From: Ascidiella aspersa
Lineage: Eukaryota
Direction: 5' to 3'
DNA length: 64,000 nt
Assembly: GCA_963924565.1 (NCBI GenBank)
Contig: OZ004614.1
Location: 8,060,001 to 8,124,000, forward strand
A program made the translations under genes and the position numbers. Within the stretch, counting starts at the first letter, position 1, and the number at the start of each line of letters is the position of its first letter. Positions 24,772-37,026 of this stretch are shown here, in pieces. Below the pieces are notes generated by a model. That model saw only the letters and a program-made list of their open reading frames with translations. It did no database searches and had not been told where the DNA came from.

Positions 24772-27700
24772 TTACCTAACCGCGTTAAGGCCGTGAATTG
24801 AACTATATCGCTTTCCCATTGCGTCAATTCGCGTCCGATGCCACATAATTTCCACATTTAGGATCCGCCACACATAATTGTGTTTATCCGACAGTCGTAA
24901 CGCTCCATTCCGCGAGTCCAAACTCATGTTCCCGCTCAATAAAAAAGTGCTTACCGTTTGCATAGCGCTCGGGGCAAATCCAAACAGAAAACACCCCGAA
25001 TTAATCACAGTCCCCCGCATTGACCCCTAAAAATAACCCCCGGGGGTCGGCGCGCAATTCCCATGGCGCCGTGTTCACAGCGTGTCGCGTGTCGCGCCAA
25101 ACTCCAGGCGACCCGTGTCGCGTCAATCTAATTAAGGTTGCGTACAACAAAACAGCATTGGAAATATTGGATCTGGCGGGGTTGCCAGAGTAAGGATAGG
25201 ATTCCTCTTGCGTCTATTTATTTGATGTATTTCAACACTTGGTATAGCGGCAAAGGTTATCGGCGTACTGTTTCTGCTTCTCGGGTGGTTTTGCTTCTGA
25301 TGGGAATGGGTTTGCTTGTTTTGGGAATGAGTAATATGTGAACAAGTCGGGTGTCCTTAAGTGCTGAGTCACTGCTGGGAAAGATAAATATTGAGTTCGA
25401 AATAAGGTTTTGCTTGAAACAAATTTTGGCGCATTTCCAGCGCCAAAAGCGTTTGCAAAAAAAAAACAGTTTTGCCCGCATTTCTCAAATTGTGTCGAAA
25501 AAAGATGGTTGTGTTTCAGATTGCTGGTGGAATGTTCTCTCGAAGCAGTTTTTCTCAGCAATATGATTTTTCCCACGCATTTTTTCCCAAATGCATGGCC
25601 CTGAATGACTAAGCGTTTGTTTTACTGTTGCTTGTACTATTATACGTGGTTTAAAAAGAAGCCGTGCTCCAATTTATTTACGTTTATTTTCCAGGGCTAG
25701 CCGTAGATTTCAATATAGATTGATTTACTGTGACAAAAAAGATATAAATTACGATAGCCGCAACACTATTAAACTTCTCCTGATCGTCGAATAAAACCTG
25801 TGAATTTTTCGCGTAGCGCTGGTGTTAGATGTGCCATAGTTTGAGAACCTCTGCGTTCTAGGCAAATTAAAAGAAAACGCGAGATTAACTCGCCGGCCTT
25901 TTTCGAAGCTACTTTGAGCGAAGTCTGCGCGTAAAATAAAAATTGAACTCTCGCGACCCCGATGCCTTGCCTTTTCTGCTCGCACGTGGATCTACCTCCG
26001 ACCCCGGTTCCAAAAGTCGCCGCTGTTTTTGGTGTTTTTATCGTTTTCCATTGAGTGTCGCGTGAGGCGAAAAGCCGGCAAAATATTTGCGCGCCAATAT
26101 TGACTGGACATACACGCCGGCATCCGTTTCGCAGAGAGGCACTCCACACGAATCCGGCCTTCACCGCGTGCTGTATCGGAACCAATCTAAACGCCTTATC
26201 GCCCATTTGGAGCGACTTGAAGGGAAATTCAAGACGAGTTTTTTTTCGATGAAACGGGTTTGATCGCGGTTTTGCTAGGTACCGCCTAAGGCAGATCATT
26301 TGTCACCGAGGTGTCACTTCGCTACCACATTTTGATTGCCTGCAAGCCGCTTTTCACTTACCATTTCACGACAAAAACACAATAAAACTTCCCTACGCAT
26401 TCATTCCAATTACGAGACTGATGATGCAATATTTTGTGGCGAAAAATATTTCTATGTTAAACGACCAAAGCTTATTAATGACCTACTTTGACCAAGGCAG
26501 GAAAGTCTACACTCTAGAGTATATTAAATTCCCTACTCTTTCACATTTAGCAAGATATCCGTAGACAACAATAGAAACCTTCTTTGCCCAAGATGCCATG
26601 CTTTTCTTTGGCGCGATTTACAAGTTTTTGCAGCGTACTACAAGTGCTATTTCTGGTTTCCCCAAATTTAGACAACCCCGCCACCCCTTACCCCCAGTTA
26701 TGACGTCATATATTAACGATCCCGCCTGTCGGGTTTCGCGGGGCTAAGCGGCCCCCGCTAATCCGATTACCGTGTCAATTAGGGGCGTCGCCCTGCCCCA
26801 ACCCCTCCCCCGGCGGACCCCTTGCTGAGGTTTTCTTTATCACCCAACGCAGCGTGCCTTGATGGCTGGCAAACAGTGACGCCCTTTCCATCTATTCCAA
26901 TCGCTAAACCTCGCGAACGTCAAGGGTGCGGTATGACAGTTCACGCCTCGTCGGAATTGTGTGTTCACTTTTATAGTGGCCGCATTTATATGCTCAGTCC
27001 TCGGCCAGTTTTGTATAAAGGTGCCGGCTTTCAGCCCTTGGCCGATTTTCAAGTGTAGTTGTTCGGTGAAATATTTAGATATCACCTTCCTTGGTCGACA
27101 CAAGATTAGAATAATCAGCTGTCAAGTATTTGGAATTGAGCATCCTTTAATAAACCTAGATACCGGTGAGCATTTTTTGTCTTTATTGTGCCTATATGGG
27201 ACTTAAAAAAACAGGCACTTTTCTGTTGTTGTCCAGTGAGGTTTAAATTTTGTTTCTGATGTCAAGATTTCAGGTTTCATAACCTGATTTTGTTTAAAAG
27301 GTGATTGGGCGGTTTAAATGGCAGATTTTTACAAGAAACATAACGAATCGCACGATAATGTGAAAACTCGAAAAAGATTTAAAAAAATTCCAGAAAATTT
27401 GAAACATCGTATTGGACAGCGCTGATAAGAATAAAACCGTTCAAAATTCTTAGCTATAGTTGTTACACAACACGCCGAAAACTATTTACACGGCTGGCAA
27501 GGGTTTGTATGCTGAGTGTTATACTCAAGTGGCACCTCGCCGGATTAATGGGACTCTTAAAAAAATCCCTCTATGACGTGGTGGCGACTCGAACGGCCAA
27601 CTGACCTCAAGAGTGGTCATTTAGGAATGTCGCTAAGCCGACTTTTTGGGTGCTTATATGGCCAGGGTGTGAGTTTCGACTACTTAATTTTTTTGCGTAA

Positions 27701-30700
27701 GCTCCTTATTCTACTTTCGCGGGTCGAGAGGGTCCTTTTTGCGTAACAGCTTAGGGAGTGTGGTAACGTAACTGTGATGGAACGTTCGGTTTAGACTCTA
27801 CTTTATGTTTCATTGTATTGGGTTATGGATGCTGGTTAACGTGCTTGCATATTTTAGGTATACAACGCTGTTTTCAGTCCGTTGTGGACGGTATGTTTTG
27901 TTGCAATTATTTGCTTTTAATGATTTAATATATCGTTGCCTAGTTTTTAAGAGACAATGTTTTTCCAAACAAACCTATGTTTTAAAAAGGATTATTGTTT
28001 TTTAAGGATTTTTTTTCTGTTTTTTCATGGATTGCATTTCAAACTTGCCAATGCCATGCATCAAGCCACTATTAAACTCTTTCAAATATGAGTTAGCCCC
28101 TTTAAAATGACATTACAGCTTATAGGTCGCACAAAAAAGTGTATCACACTGGAGCGAAAAAGTCGTCTCCACCGTTTATCAGCCGTTAAAAAGCCCGAAA
28201 AGCGTCTCTTCTTCGGTTTCAACAAACAAACAAGCGATCCCTATCTCGCTAATCTCGCAGCGAACAGGTTACGAGACCATTTTGCTGAGGCACGAGAGGC
28301 ATCAATCACACGCTAAGAATGCGCATTTTTGCTCGTCCTGTCAGCTACCTGTATTTCCACGGGGCATATAAGCAAGGGTGACTGTAGCCTTGCCCCCTTC
28401 ACCCGGGCGTGACACCAGTCATGTACCGCCCCATGAGGGGTCACTGACGCCGTTGACCCCCGAATCGCGTTCGCCCCCCTTTTTTGGGGGTTATCGTAAT
28501 AAGGACGATGAAGAAACGGTTTTTGCTCTAGCCTCCCCTGTGGGAAAACCGTAACGCCGTCGCTGGCGTTGATTTTGCGAGCGGAAACAATGTCTGAGCA
28601 GTCGTTCCCAGCTGTTATCAGTTTTCGTTTCGAATGCCTGAAGTTGATTTGGCCGTGATTCTTGCGTTTACCGAAATTGAAGCTTTTTTTTAGAAAATAA
28701 GGGGAAGTCGTTTAGATTTAAACTTCAAAGGGTCCTTGAGCTATTGGATTGTCGAACGCATCGTTATGTGTTTACTTTTTAGCTATAAACCAAATCTAAC
28801 CTAAAATTTCGCAGACAATAAAAAGAGTTTCTTTTCAATGTCAAATCTCGTGAAATTAAGCGGCTGAACACATTTCGAACCGACGACATTAGCAAACTTT
28901 GTCCAACGAAAATCACATTTGTGCTGCTCGCATCTTTGAAAGATTACAAATTTAACTTTAGACGTTTGTTCGGTATTTTTACGTTAATGGTTTTTATCAT
29001 TCCGCAATTTTACGCCGCTTTATTTACTTTATATAATTGTATAATTGTTTTATGTTCAAGGCGACATAATAAAGAAGCCCAGTTGTGAACAAAACGGATT
29101 GGTTGGTTCGTAGTGAAAAAAACAAACAAAACAAAAAACGTCGAAATCTTTAAATTAGACAAAATTGAAGCCGCTTTATTTACGACCTAAAATATTTTTT
29201 CTATTGCTTTATAATAAAGTTGACATGATATGTAAAAAAATTGTATTAATGCTGAAACACCCCCTTTCCGTAGTGCCAACCGTCGTAGTCCTTAAATCAG
29301 ACAAACGCGTCCAACTATACAGTCCAAGTTGCAAAGTTGACCGTTCGTAGCGGAAATTGCTTGGCGCTACCAAAGCATATTGGAGGAAATGCGCATCCGG
29401 GTCCGAACGCAGTAAAAGACGCAAGCGGCCTTTTCAAAAACGCAATCATATACTTTCCCTTTGCGGGAGTACACTGAAAAGCGAAAGACGCCGTGGCCCG
29501 GGGGTGGCTTGAAGCAACAACCTTTTCGCTATCTGTTCCCGTGCTTAGAAGGATTTGCTCACTCATGGTGGGGGTCGAATGCTTCGCAAAGCAGCCCCCT
29601 ATCCTGTATATGAACCGTGACTGGCCACCCTAATCGGGTTACCCATAGGGGGCCTGATCACCCACCGTCGGCGCGGGATTAGGTTTCCAAACCCCTAGGG
29701 GGCCGCGCTGGGGCTTGGGTTGCCACTTTCCTCAAGTGGTTGTGTGTTTGGGGGGTTAAAGTCGGAGCTTGATGATTTTTTTGTCCGTTAAGAAAAAATG
29801 CGTTTTTTGTATTTTTTTAAACATTTTTGTAGGTGGCATAACTTGTTGGCCAGTTAGGAAAATATTCGGCTTTTTTGCCAATAATTTTTCCGTTAGTTTT
29901 TATTTATTTATAAGTGGTATTCTACTGTGGCCGGTTAAACAGTCTGTACTTTTTATCCACGTAAAGATTTCTTCCTACTCTTTTTATTTGGCGTATTTCG
30001 GCCAGCTAGAAAAACGACGTTTTTTTTTTTTGTTTTTTTTGTTATTTCCGCCTTTTGTAGTTCTCTGTGGAGTGCCTTTTTGGCGGTTAATTTTTGGTCG
30101 CCTTAGAGTTTAAAACCCCACGCGTGTATTTTTTTTCCTAGGGGGGATTAACGTGTTTGCTCGCGTCGCTTTGTTACGTAACAGAAGGCGGTAAGGGGGC
30201 TGGCGAAGGCAAACACCCCCGGGCCCGAGTTAATTTTGCGAAACTTTGCCCGGTGTTGGATTGTAATGTTTCGAACTGGCGACGACTGACGCGCGAGGGT
30301 TCGACAAACAACAACACGGCAAATGAGAGAACCGCATTATTCGCGTTTAATTGTCGCCTCCTCCGATTTTACCGTCGCTCTGCTTTCTTTGAAATTATAG
30401 ACGCGGAAAAAATATCAAAGCCTATACACAGGGGACGTGGTTTTGTGCACATTGGCTTTTCAATGAAAATTTAACCATTGTTACCATTTGTATCTGTTGT
30501 ATTCACGATCAGAGCAATGAAGCAAAAGGCAATGAAACGAAACAAACCACGGTTTAAGTGGCACAGAAAACAATTCACATAGCAGCACAATAGCACTGTA
30601 ATTAAAATACGTAATACTTAACGGTATCTGTCTGTCCAACTTAGCAGTGTATCTGCTCTTCCAACATCTTTTTAAACGACCAAAGGTTTATCAGATTATT

Positions 30701-33700
30701 CGCCTTTATAGTGTTGTCAGACCCTGTTAGAAATTTATTCTATGTCTATCGTCTATCTACCACCTCTAAACACCATAATAAAATAAAGAACAAATATTTG
30801 GCAATTTTTGTTAACATTTTGCAAATCAAACGTTCAAAACGCGCTAATTTCGTAGGGTTTTATATTTATATATAATTTTGGGCTAACACTTACGGTGCTC
30901 TGTCGCCACCTGTCGGCTAAACCGCGCAAACGACCAGAAAAATGATCAAAGTTTCCAGGTTCGGAAGTTTGTAAAAAATTGCGCTCTTGTTTTTATTATC
31001 GTAGCTAAATCATGAACAGGCCGCCTTCCCGTGCGCCCGACGTTTTATCGCCAAACCGCCTCGTATACCCGGCGTAACTTTTCGGAAGACGTCCATCATG
31101 CGAAATAAGTGGCGAGTATTTACACGGTCGCCTTCTGTGGAAAGAAACGAACCTCGTCGGTTGAAAGCAAAACACTTCCGACTCCCCAAAAGAGAACAGC
31201 CGGTGATAAACCTTTGTCCAATTCGCCGAAGGCCATTGTATAGCAAACACGATAACACGTTGTAACACTACTGATCCGAAACCAAATTGATAAGTCTAAG
31301 TGCGTTTTTTTTTTTTTTTGAAAAGTAATTTTCCCGTATAGATTACTTTGAAATCGAAGATAAACTATAAACTTCATACGCCGAAGCTCATTTAAGCCTA
31401 AAATCCTGGAAACATCCATGCAATTTATTACATTCTTCATATTTGATCACAGGAAAGATAAAACGTGGTACAGTCGGAAAACCCGTAGTATTTCCTGGAA
31501 AAAATATCGGGTATCCGCCTCGGAACAAAATTCTAAGTATCGGAAATACCTAATTGCGGGACATCGTGATAAAAACCGGACGCTTGCGGCGATTAAAGCG
31601 CCCAGACCCCGCTGAATTTGAAATCTGATTAAACCCACAAATTGACCGCACCGACGATTTTGGATGCCGAGGAACGTTTTGGAGAGTTGCGTATTTTATC
31701 TTGACCGATTTCCATGGTATTAGAGCAACGCTTGTGGCCGGTTACACTTTTCAACCTTGTTTTTGATTTGTTTTGCCTTTAAAAATACAGTAACTGTCTA
31801 ATTGCGATAAAGTCGCTCGTGAAAATTTTTTGACAACAAATCGTCTTAAATGAAAATAATTCAAAATTGATCGTGATCTTGAATCCGAAAATTGCTACAT
31901 CATGATGTTACGTCACCGAGAGTATGAGGCGAGAAAGAAAGATACGGGAGCGCCGTTACCATGCCGTCGCACCTCAATAAAGTCGGCGGAGGCGGCGATT
32001 TTACGACCAACGAATTTTCGCGTCTGTCGCCGACGCTCCTCTGTCGTTTGCTTGTGACGTCACAGAAGGACAGCGGCGGACGGGCGGAAACCGCGCGGGC
32101 ACTCGAGCGACCCAAGAGTGGGGCTCGGAAGGGGGTGGGGAGTAATGCGACGTCATAGCGGCTACGCCAAGAATGGACACCTCTCGGCTGCTATGTTGAC
32201 TGTAAACAGCAGTGGACGTAGCTTTAAGTCGGTTGCTCTGTTATTGACGCGTACTTGTCACATTCTTGCCACGCTCTCTCGGTAGTATTAGCTTGTTTGG
32301 AAATAAGCCCAGGTGTCAATATTTGGGACGTTGTACGGCGCGCCCGGGCGGGAATATCCCCGCCCATCCCTATAAACTTGGAGGTTTGGATTTGGGTGGG
32401 TTCTTTGTCAAAGCGACCCTGACAAGTTATCTACGCGACTTGTGTATTTATTTTTTTAGCATTAACTTGACAACTTAAAAAATATTTTTGTGTGTTTTTT
32501 GGACTACTTCCTTCAACCCAAACTCAATCATGACAAATTCCTAATGTTTTTTCGTTTATTTGTTATTCTGTTGTTTTTTTTATTTCAGGGTTTCTTTTTT
32601 TAAATCGCGATGATAGGTGTGTTTTTCATTTTGTCACTGTTAAAATCGCTGTTCAACGGCTATAAGATTCTTCGTTTGTCTTCAATTGGCTTTTGAGTCA
32701 ACTCCTCGAACGCTCGTGAGAATCTACTTTGTCCTCCTTCACAAAAAGCAGCCTAATTCGATCACACACTTGTCCATTCAATACCCATGAAATGCAAATC
32801 AAGATTACCCAAAAACTATCGCTGTATAATCAGCGCGTATCAATTAAGCGACAAATACGCTTCTAACTTACAATTGCAAGACGATAAATGTTGTTGCCTA
32901 CACCACAACCATAAGTGGTAGGAAGGGATACTCTGTCGCAATCGAGACCCAGTGTTTATCGTCAAAGTGTAGCGTTGGAGAGCTGGACAATAGCTTCGTC
33001 GCTAACCAGCGTTTGGCAAACTGCCGGACGCCGCCTAAACCCGATCGCAAACCATTTCGGCTTTGCACTTTTTTGGCCTTCTAACGCTCCTTTATTGGAT
33101 TCGGCTGGAATGTTTTTTCCCGAAATAGACTGCCGACGCGAAATCGGAACTTTCGTGCCTGCTTCTAATTTGTTTCGCTGCAAAACGTCGGCAAGGCGTA
33201 ATTGAAATGCCAAGGCAAAGTCGTTGCCTCGTAAAGTGCTGGCTGACAAAAATCCGCTCAAAACTGAGCAAGGCTAAATCCAACCGAAATGCCAAGCTGT
33301 TGCATCTCCGCATAGGCAGGAAAATATTTTTTAAAAGATAAAACATAGTTTTTGCGCGGTTTGTTTGCCTAATTTGCACCCCACGTTTTTAGCCACCGCA
33401 AAGTAACACGAATCAAATTAAGAGCCCTATGCAAACACTTGCGATCGCTTTGCGCACCGAAAGGGCGAAGCTAGGCCATTATGCCACATCGCCAATGTCA
33501 CGAACGAAACAGATTTGTTTTTCTTATGTGAAGCCTGATTGTCCCCTAGGGACCTAGGGTGTGAAGTGTATCACATTTCAACGCCAATTATAGAACTATT
33601 TACAAAGTTTGTTAATTAACGAGAATATAGGTTGCTTAGTCTGACTTCATTGTGTTATTACATATAGGACAAATAATGAGCACACCTAGTTGATTTTTGT

Positions 33701-34800
33701 CCACGTGACGAACTGAGCATGGCATTTCGCTTCTTTTTAAAGTTTTGTCTTTGATTTTTTGATAAAGTTGACTCACTTTTCGAAAGCACACTTGGAAAAT
33801 TGTATCATGTTGTAACGCAATAAATGTAATAAATAATGAACAAAACGCCACAAAAAGCTTATGTAAACGTTTTGAAGTCGCCTCAATTCTCCTGCTGTTT
33901 CTCATCTGCCAAAATAGACGATGAAAAATCACCACCAAAGGCTCGCATCATTCACTGTCGCGTTTCCCGAAATGGGTAGAACGCCGAAAGGCAGAGAGCG
34001 AAAGCAGTAAAACAAAAAGCGACAAAACAAGGGCGAAAAAACGACCGGAACCCCATACAGACAGGTGGCCCTAAAGCCCTGTCGCCTCAAAAAGAATAAC
34101 TGGACAGTAGAAGCAGTTTTCCTCGACGGGCAACGCTGAGCTATCGTGTTTGCGCGCCTCTCGAGAGCCGTGTGCATTTTCCCACTGACTGCACTTTCGG
34201 CCAATTTTTTCGCGCCAACGTCGACTTGTAGTGTTTGATCGGCCGAGGGTGAAAAATCGCCCGTGTAAGTTTGCGTCGCGCCGTAGCCGCAGCGCACCCC
34301 CCTTTTTGCGACGGGGGTTCTAAAACCATCACCCCCTTTTTCCCACTTCGAGCAGCCCCCGCCAGCCGCGCAATCTTTCCAGTTATTTGTTTGATGGAGC
34401 CCAAACTTTGCTGAAACCACCCGCGGGATTTCGGGGACGGTTTTCCAGCAGTTGATTTAAAGCTGAAGCCGATGTCAGGCACGAGCGTAACAGGACCACT
34501 TTAAATTTGTTATAACATGAGCCATTGTGATATAAAGCGGATTTTTGTTGTATTTCCGCCTTATCAAAAAACAAATACCCCCCCCCCCCCAAAAAAAAGA
34601 TCTTTTGCATACGCAATACAAAACAAGTTAGCCTTTTTAGGGCCTTAACAACGAAAATCATATCCGTGAGACGCGGTTTTACTGCTTTAATTTGCCGTTG
34701 TAAATATACGCACATTTTCGCGGCCTTGACGCTGATTTGAATACGCAAAAAACTTTGAGTACATAATATGCACGGATCTTTAAAGTATAGCTTGATCGTG

Positions 34801-34918
34801 AATTGCGCATTTCTTCTGTATCAAAGTTTGTTTCTTGATAATAAATTTCAAACCAACAAAAGATGAAGATAGGGCAAAATTGCGCATTTCTTCTGTTTTA
34901 AAGTTTGTTTCTTGATTA
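34801..34918. repeat. ~40-bp direct repeat, 77 bp apart
   Basis: aattgcgcatttcttctgt.t.aaagtttgtttcttgat at 34801 and 34878. Confidence 0.85.
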
Positions 34919-36954
34919 AGAGTTGAAAAGCCATAAAAGGTCAAGTATAGATCGACATTATCTTGATTAAGACGTTTCGCTTCAAGCTTGAATTTATTGC
35001 ACACACTAACTGAAGATAATACTTCGTATCGCTCAGGCGTCCTTAGCCTTACATCAGCGGTTAATCTCTTTCGTAGATTTACATAAAAATGCCTAAGACA
35101 CCGTCCAATGAACCTCAGGTTCTTTATAAGTATATAGTTTGCGAGTTGTGAAATGTGTAATTCTTAAAAGCGAAATGTTGTAAAATGTGTACTTTGAAAA
35201 AAAATTCGCTGTTTATCCCCGTTTCAAATCAACCTTTTCAAAACAGTGGACAACTTAGAATAAAAAAAAGGGTAAACATTAAAATAAAACAAAATTCTAG
35301 ATTAGACGATCTTAAGAAGGCAATATCATAATAAAAATGTCTGAATGAAAAAATAATAAAAATTTTTTTTCGTCAGATTTGAAACGCTTAAAACATTATT
35401 CTTTTAATTACGCGGGCCGACCTTTGCCATTTGCAAAAATATATCGATTGCAAAGCAGTCTTTGGCGCCGTCGCGAAAAGCAACTTTCGGACCAGTGCCG
35501 GATTTTCCCAGCGCTTAGTGTTGCCGCTCACCTGAAGTGCTTTACATCTCGGTTTACTCGCCCGCTGAAAACACACCAGTCGGGCCCCATTTTCCACCCC
35601 ATACCCCTGTCGTTTGGAAATTGTCGCAAAACGGTTTTAAAAAACAAAGCGGACTGCAGGGTTGCCAAAAATGTTTTTGAATCTTTAAAAATCTTTGAAT
35701 TGATTGCGCATTGAAAAGTATTTGAAAAAAGCCATTAAATCTAGTTTTGAATTTATTTCATTTCCACCGAACGATATGTTCTCAGAAAATGCTTTTTCGA
35801 ACTATCTGTTATTGTGTTGACCTTCGATTTTTTATACTTTTTTTTTAATTTGTAAATTGTCTTTGAACATAGATATTTTTTTCAACCCCGTGACTGTTTT
35901 AAAAAGGTGGAAAGGGCAGCAAAACCAAGCTATCTACCTAGACCGAACCAGAATTCCGCGCGTCTGATGTGGCCCTGGTTTGGCATCGATAGCTATCGCG
36001 TTGCCGATTACTGACGCTTACCGCCGTCAGTTGCGTGCCACCCCGGCGTAAAAAGCAGCCCCTTCGCACAACAAACCAGCTATTTAAGCCGCCCTGCACA
36101 CACAGCTCCATAGGCGGCAGAAATCCGCGCCGGTTTTCGATTTTGTGTCGCTTTTTTTGGCGGCCACTCGAAAAACGATAAACAGTTGATTTTCTCACAC
36201 GTTTTGATTTGCATTATTTTGAGACGCGGTTGAAACGACAGATTTTTCATGGGTATTCCGTTTTTGTTTTTTCAGTGTCGCCAGTTAATCACCTCTTTTG
36301 TTTCTGTCGTTCTTTAAAAACGCTTAATGCGCTGCAAAAAGAGCAAAAAATTTTGTTTTTTGAAGTTAAGCAAAATAAAAGCTGGGTTGCAATTCCTTCT
36401 ATACAAAATCAGGAAAAAATACCCCTTGTTCGAATTGCGCCGGCCAAACCACTGTTCGCCAGCACGTCGCCACCAAGTAAAAGTGAGTCAAAAACTTAGG
36501 TAAGGTTTTGGAAAAACATCAAATCACTGAAAAAAGGTTTTAAAGCCTTGTTAAAGGCCTCGCGTGCCAGGTTTACCGGAAACCTGTTCATTATGGACTC
36601 GCCGTGGTAACCTGAAAGTGACAAGCCCACATTCGGCGCATCGCAATAAGCAGCAAAAGTCAGTTGCGGTTGAACAAAAACCTGCTCCTAAACGATGCGT
36701 GTAACTGCAGCAAGATTAAAATCAATTCGAGAAATGCAAAACTGTGGCAGCTGCGTTGACATTTGCATTGACCGAAATCGCGACCGCCTTCAAACAACAC
36801 AATGCATATTTTTGGCATTTCGTCCCTTACCTTGACGTTTGTGTTGATGGAGTCGTGCTTTCTTCGACAGTTTTATGCCTTGTCAATTTCAGGAGTTTAT
36901 ATAGGGTTTTCGCTTTGATTAAAAAACTGTGATCTAGTCCTTTTTTGACCAACG

Positions 36955-37026
36955 ATAATGGCTAAAGTATCAATGGTGGTCCCGGTATAGCCGGAGGTCG
37001 TGAGTTCGAACCTCACTGCAGGCTAA
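36955..37026 (+). mobile_element. tRNA-derived SINE head remnant
   Basis: B-box-like gagttcgaacctc with an upstream A-box-like tggctaaagt. Similar isolated B-boxes at ~10379 (+), ~12367 (-), ~12830 (+) and ~57137 (+). No cloverleaf. Confidence 0.4.
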
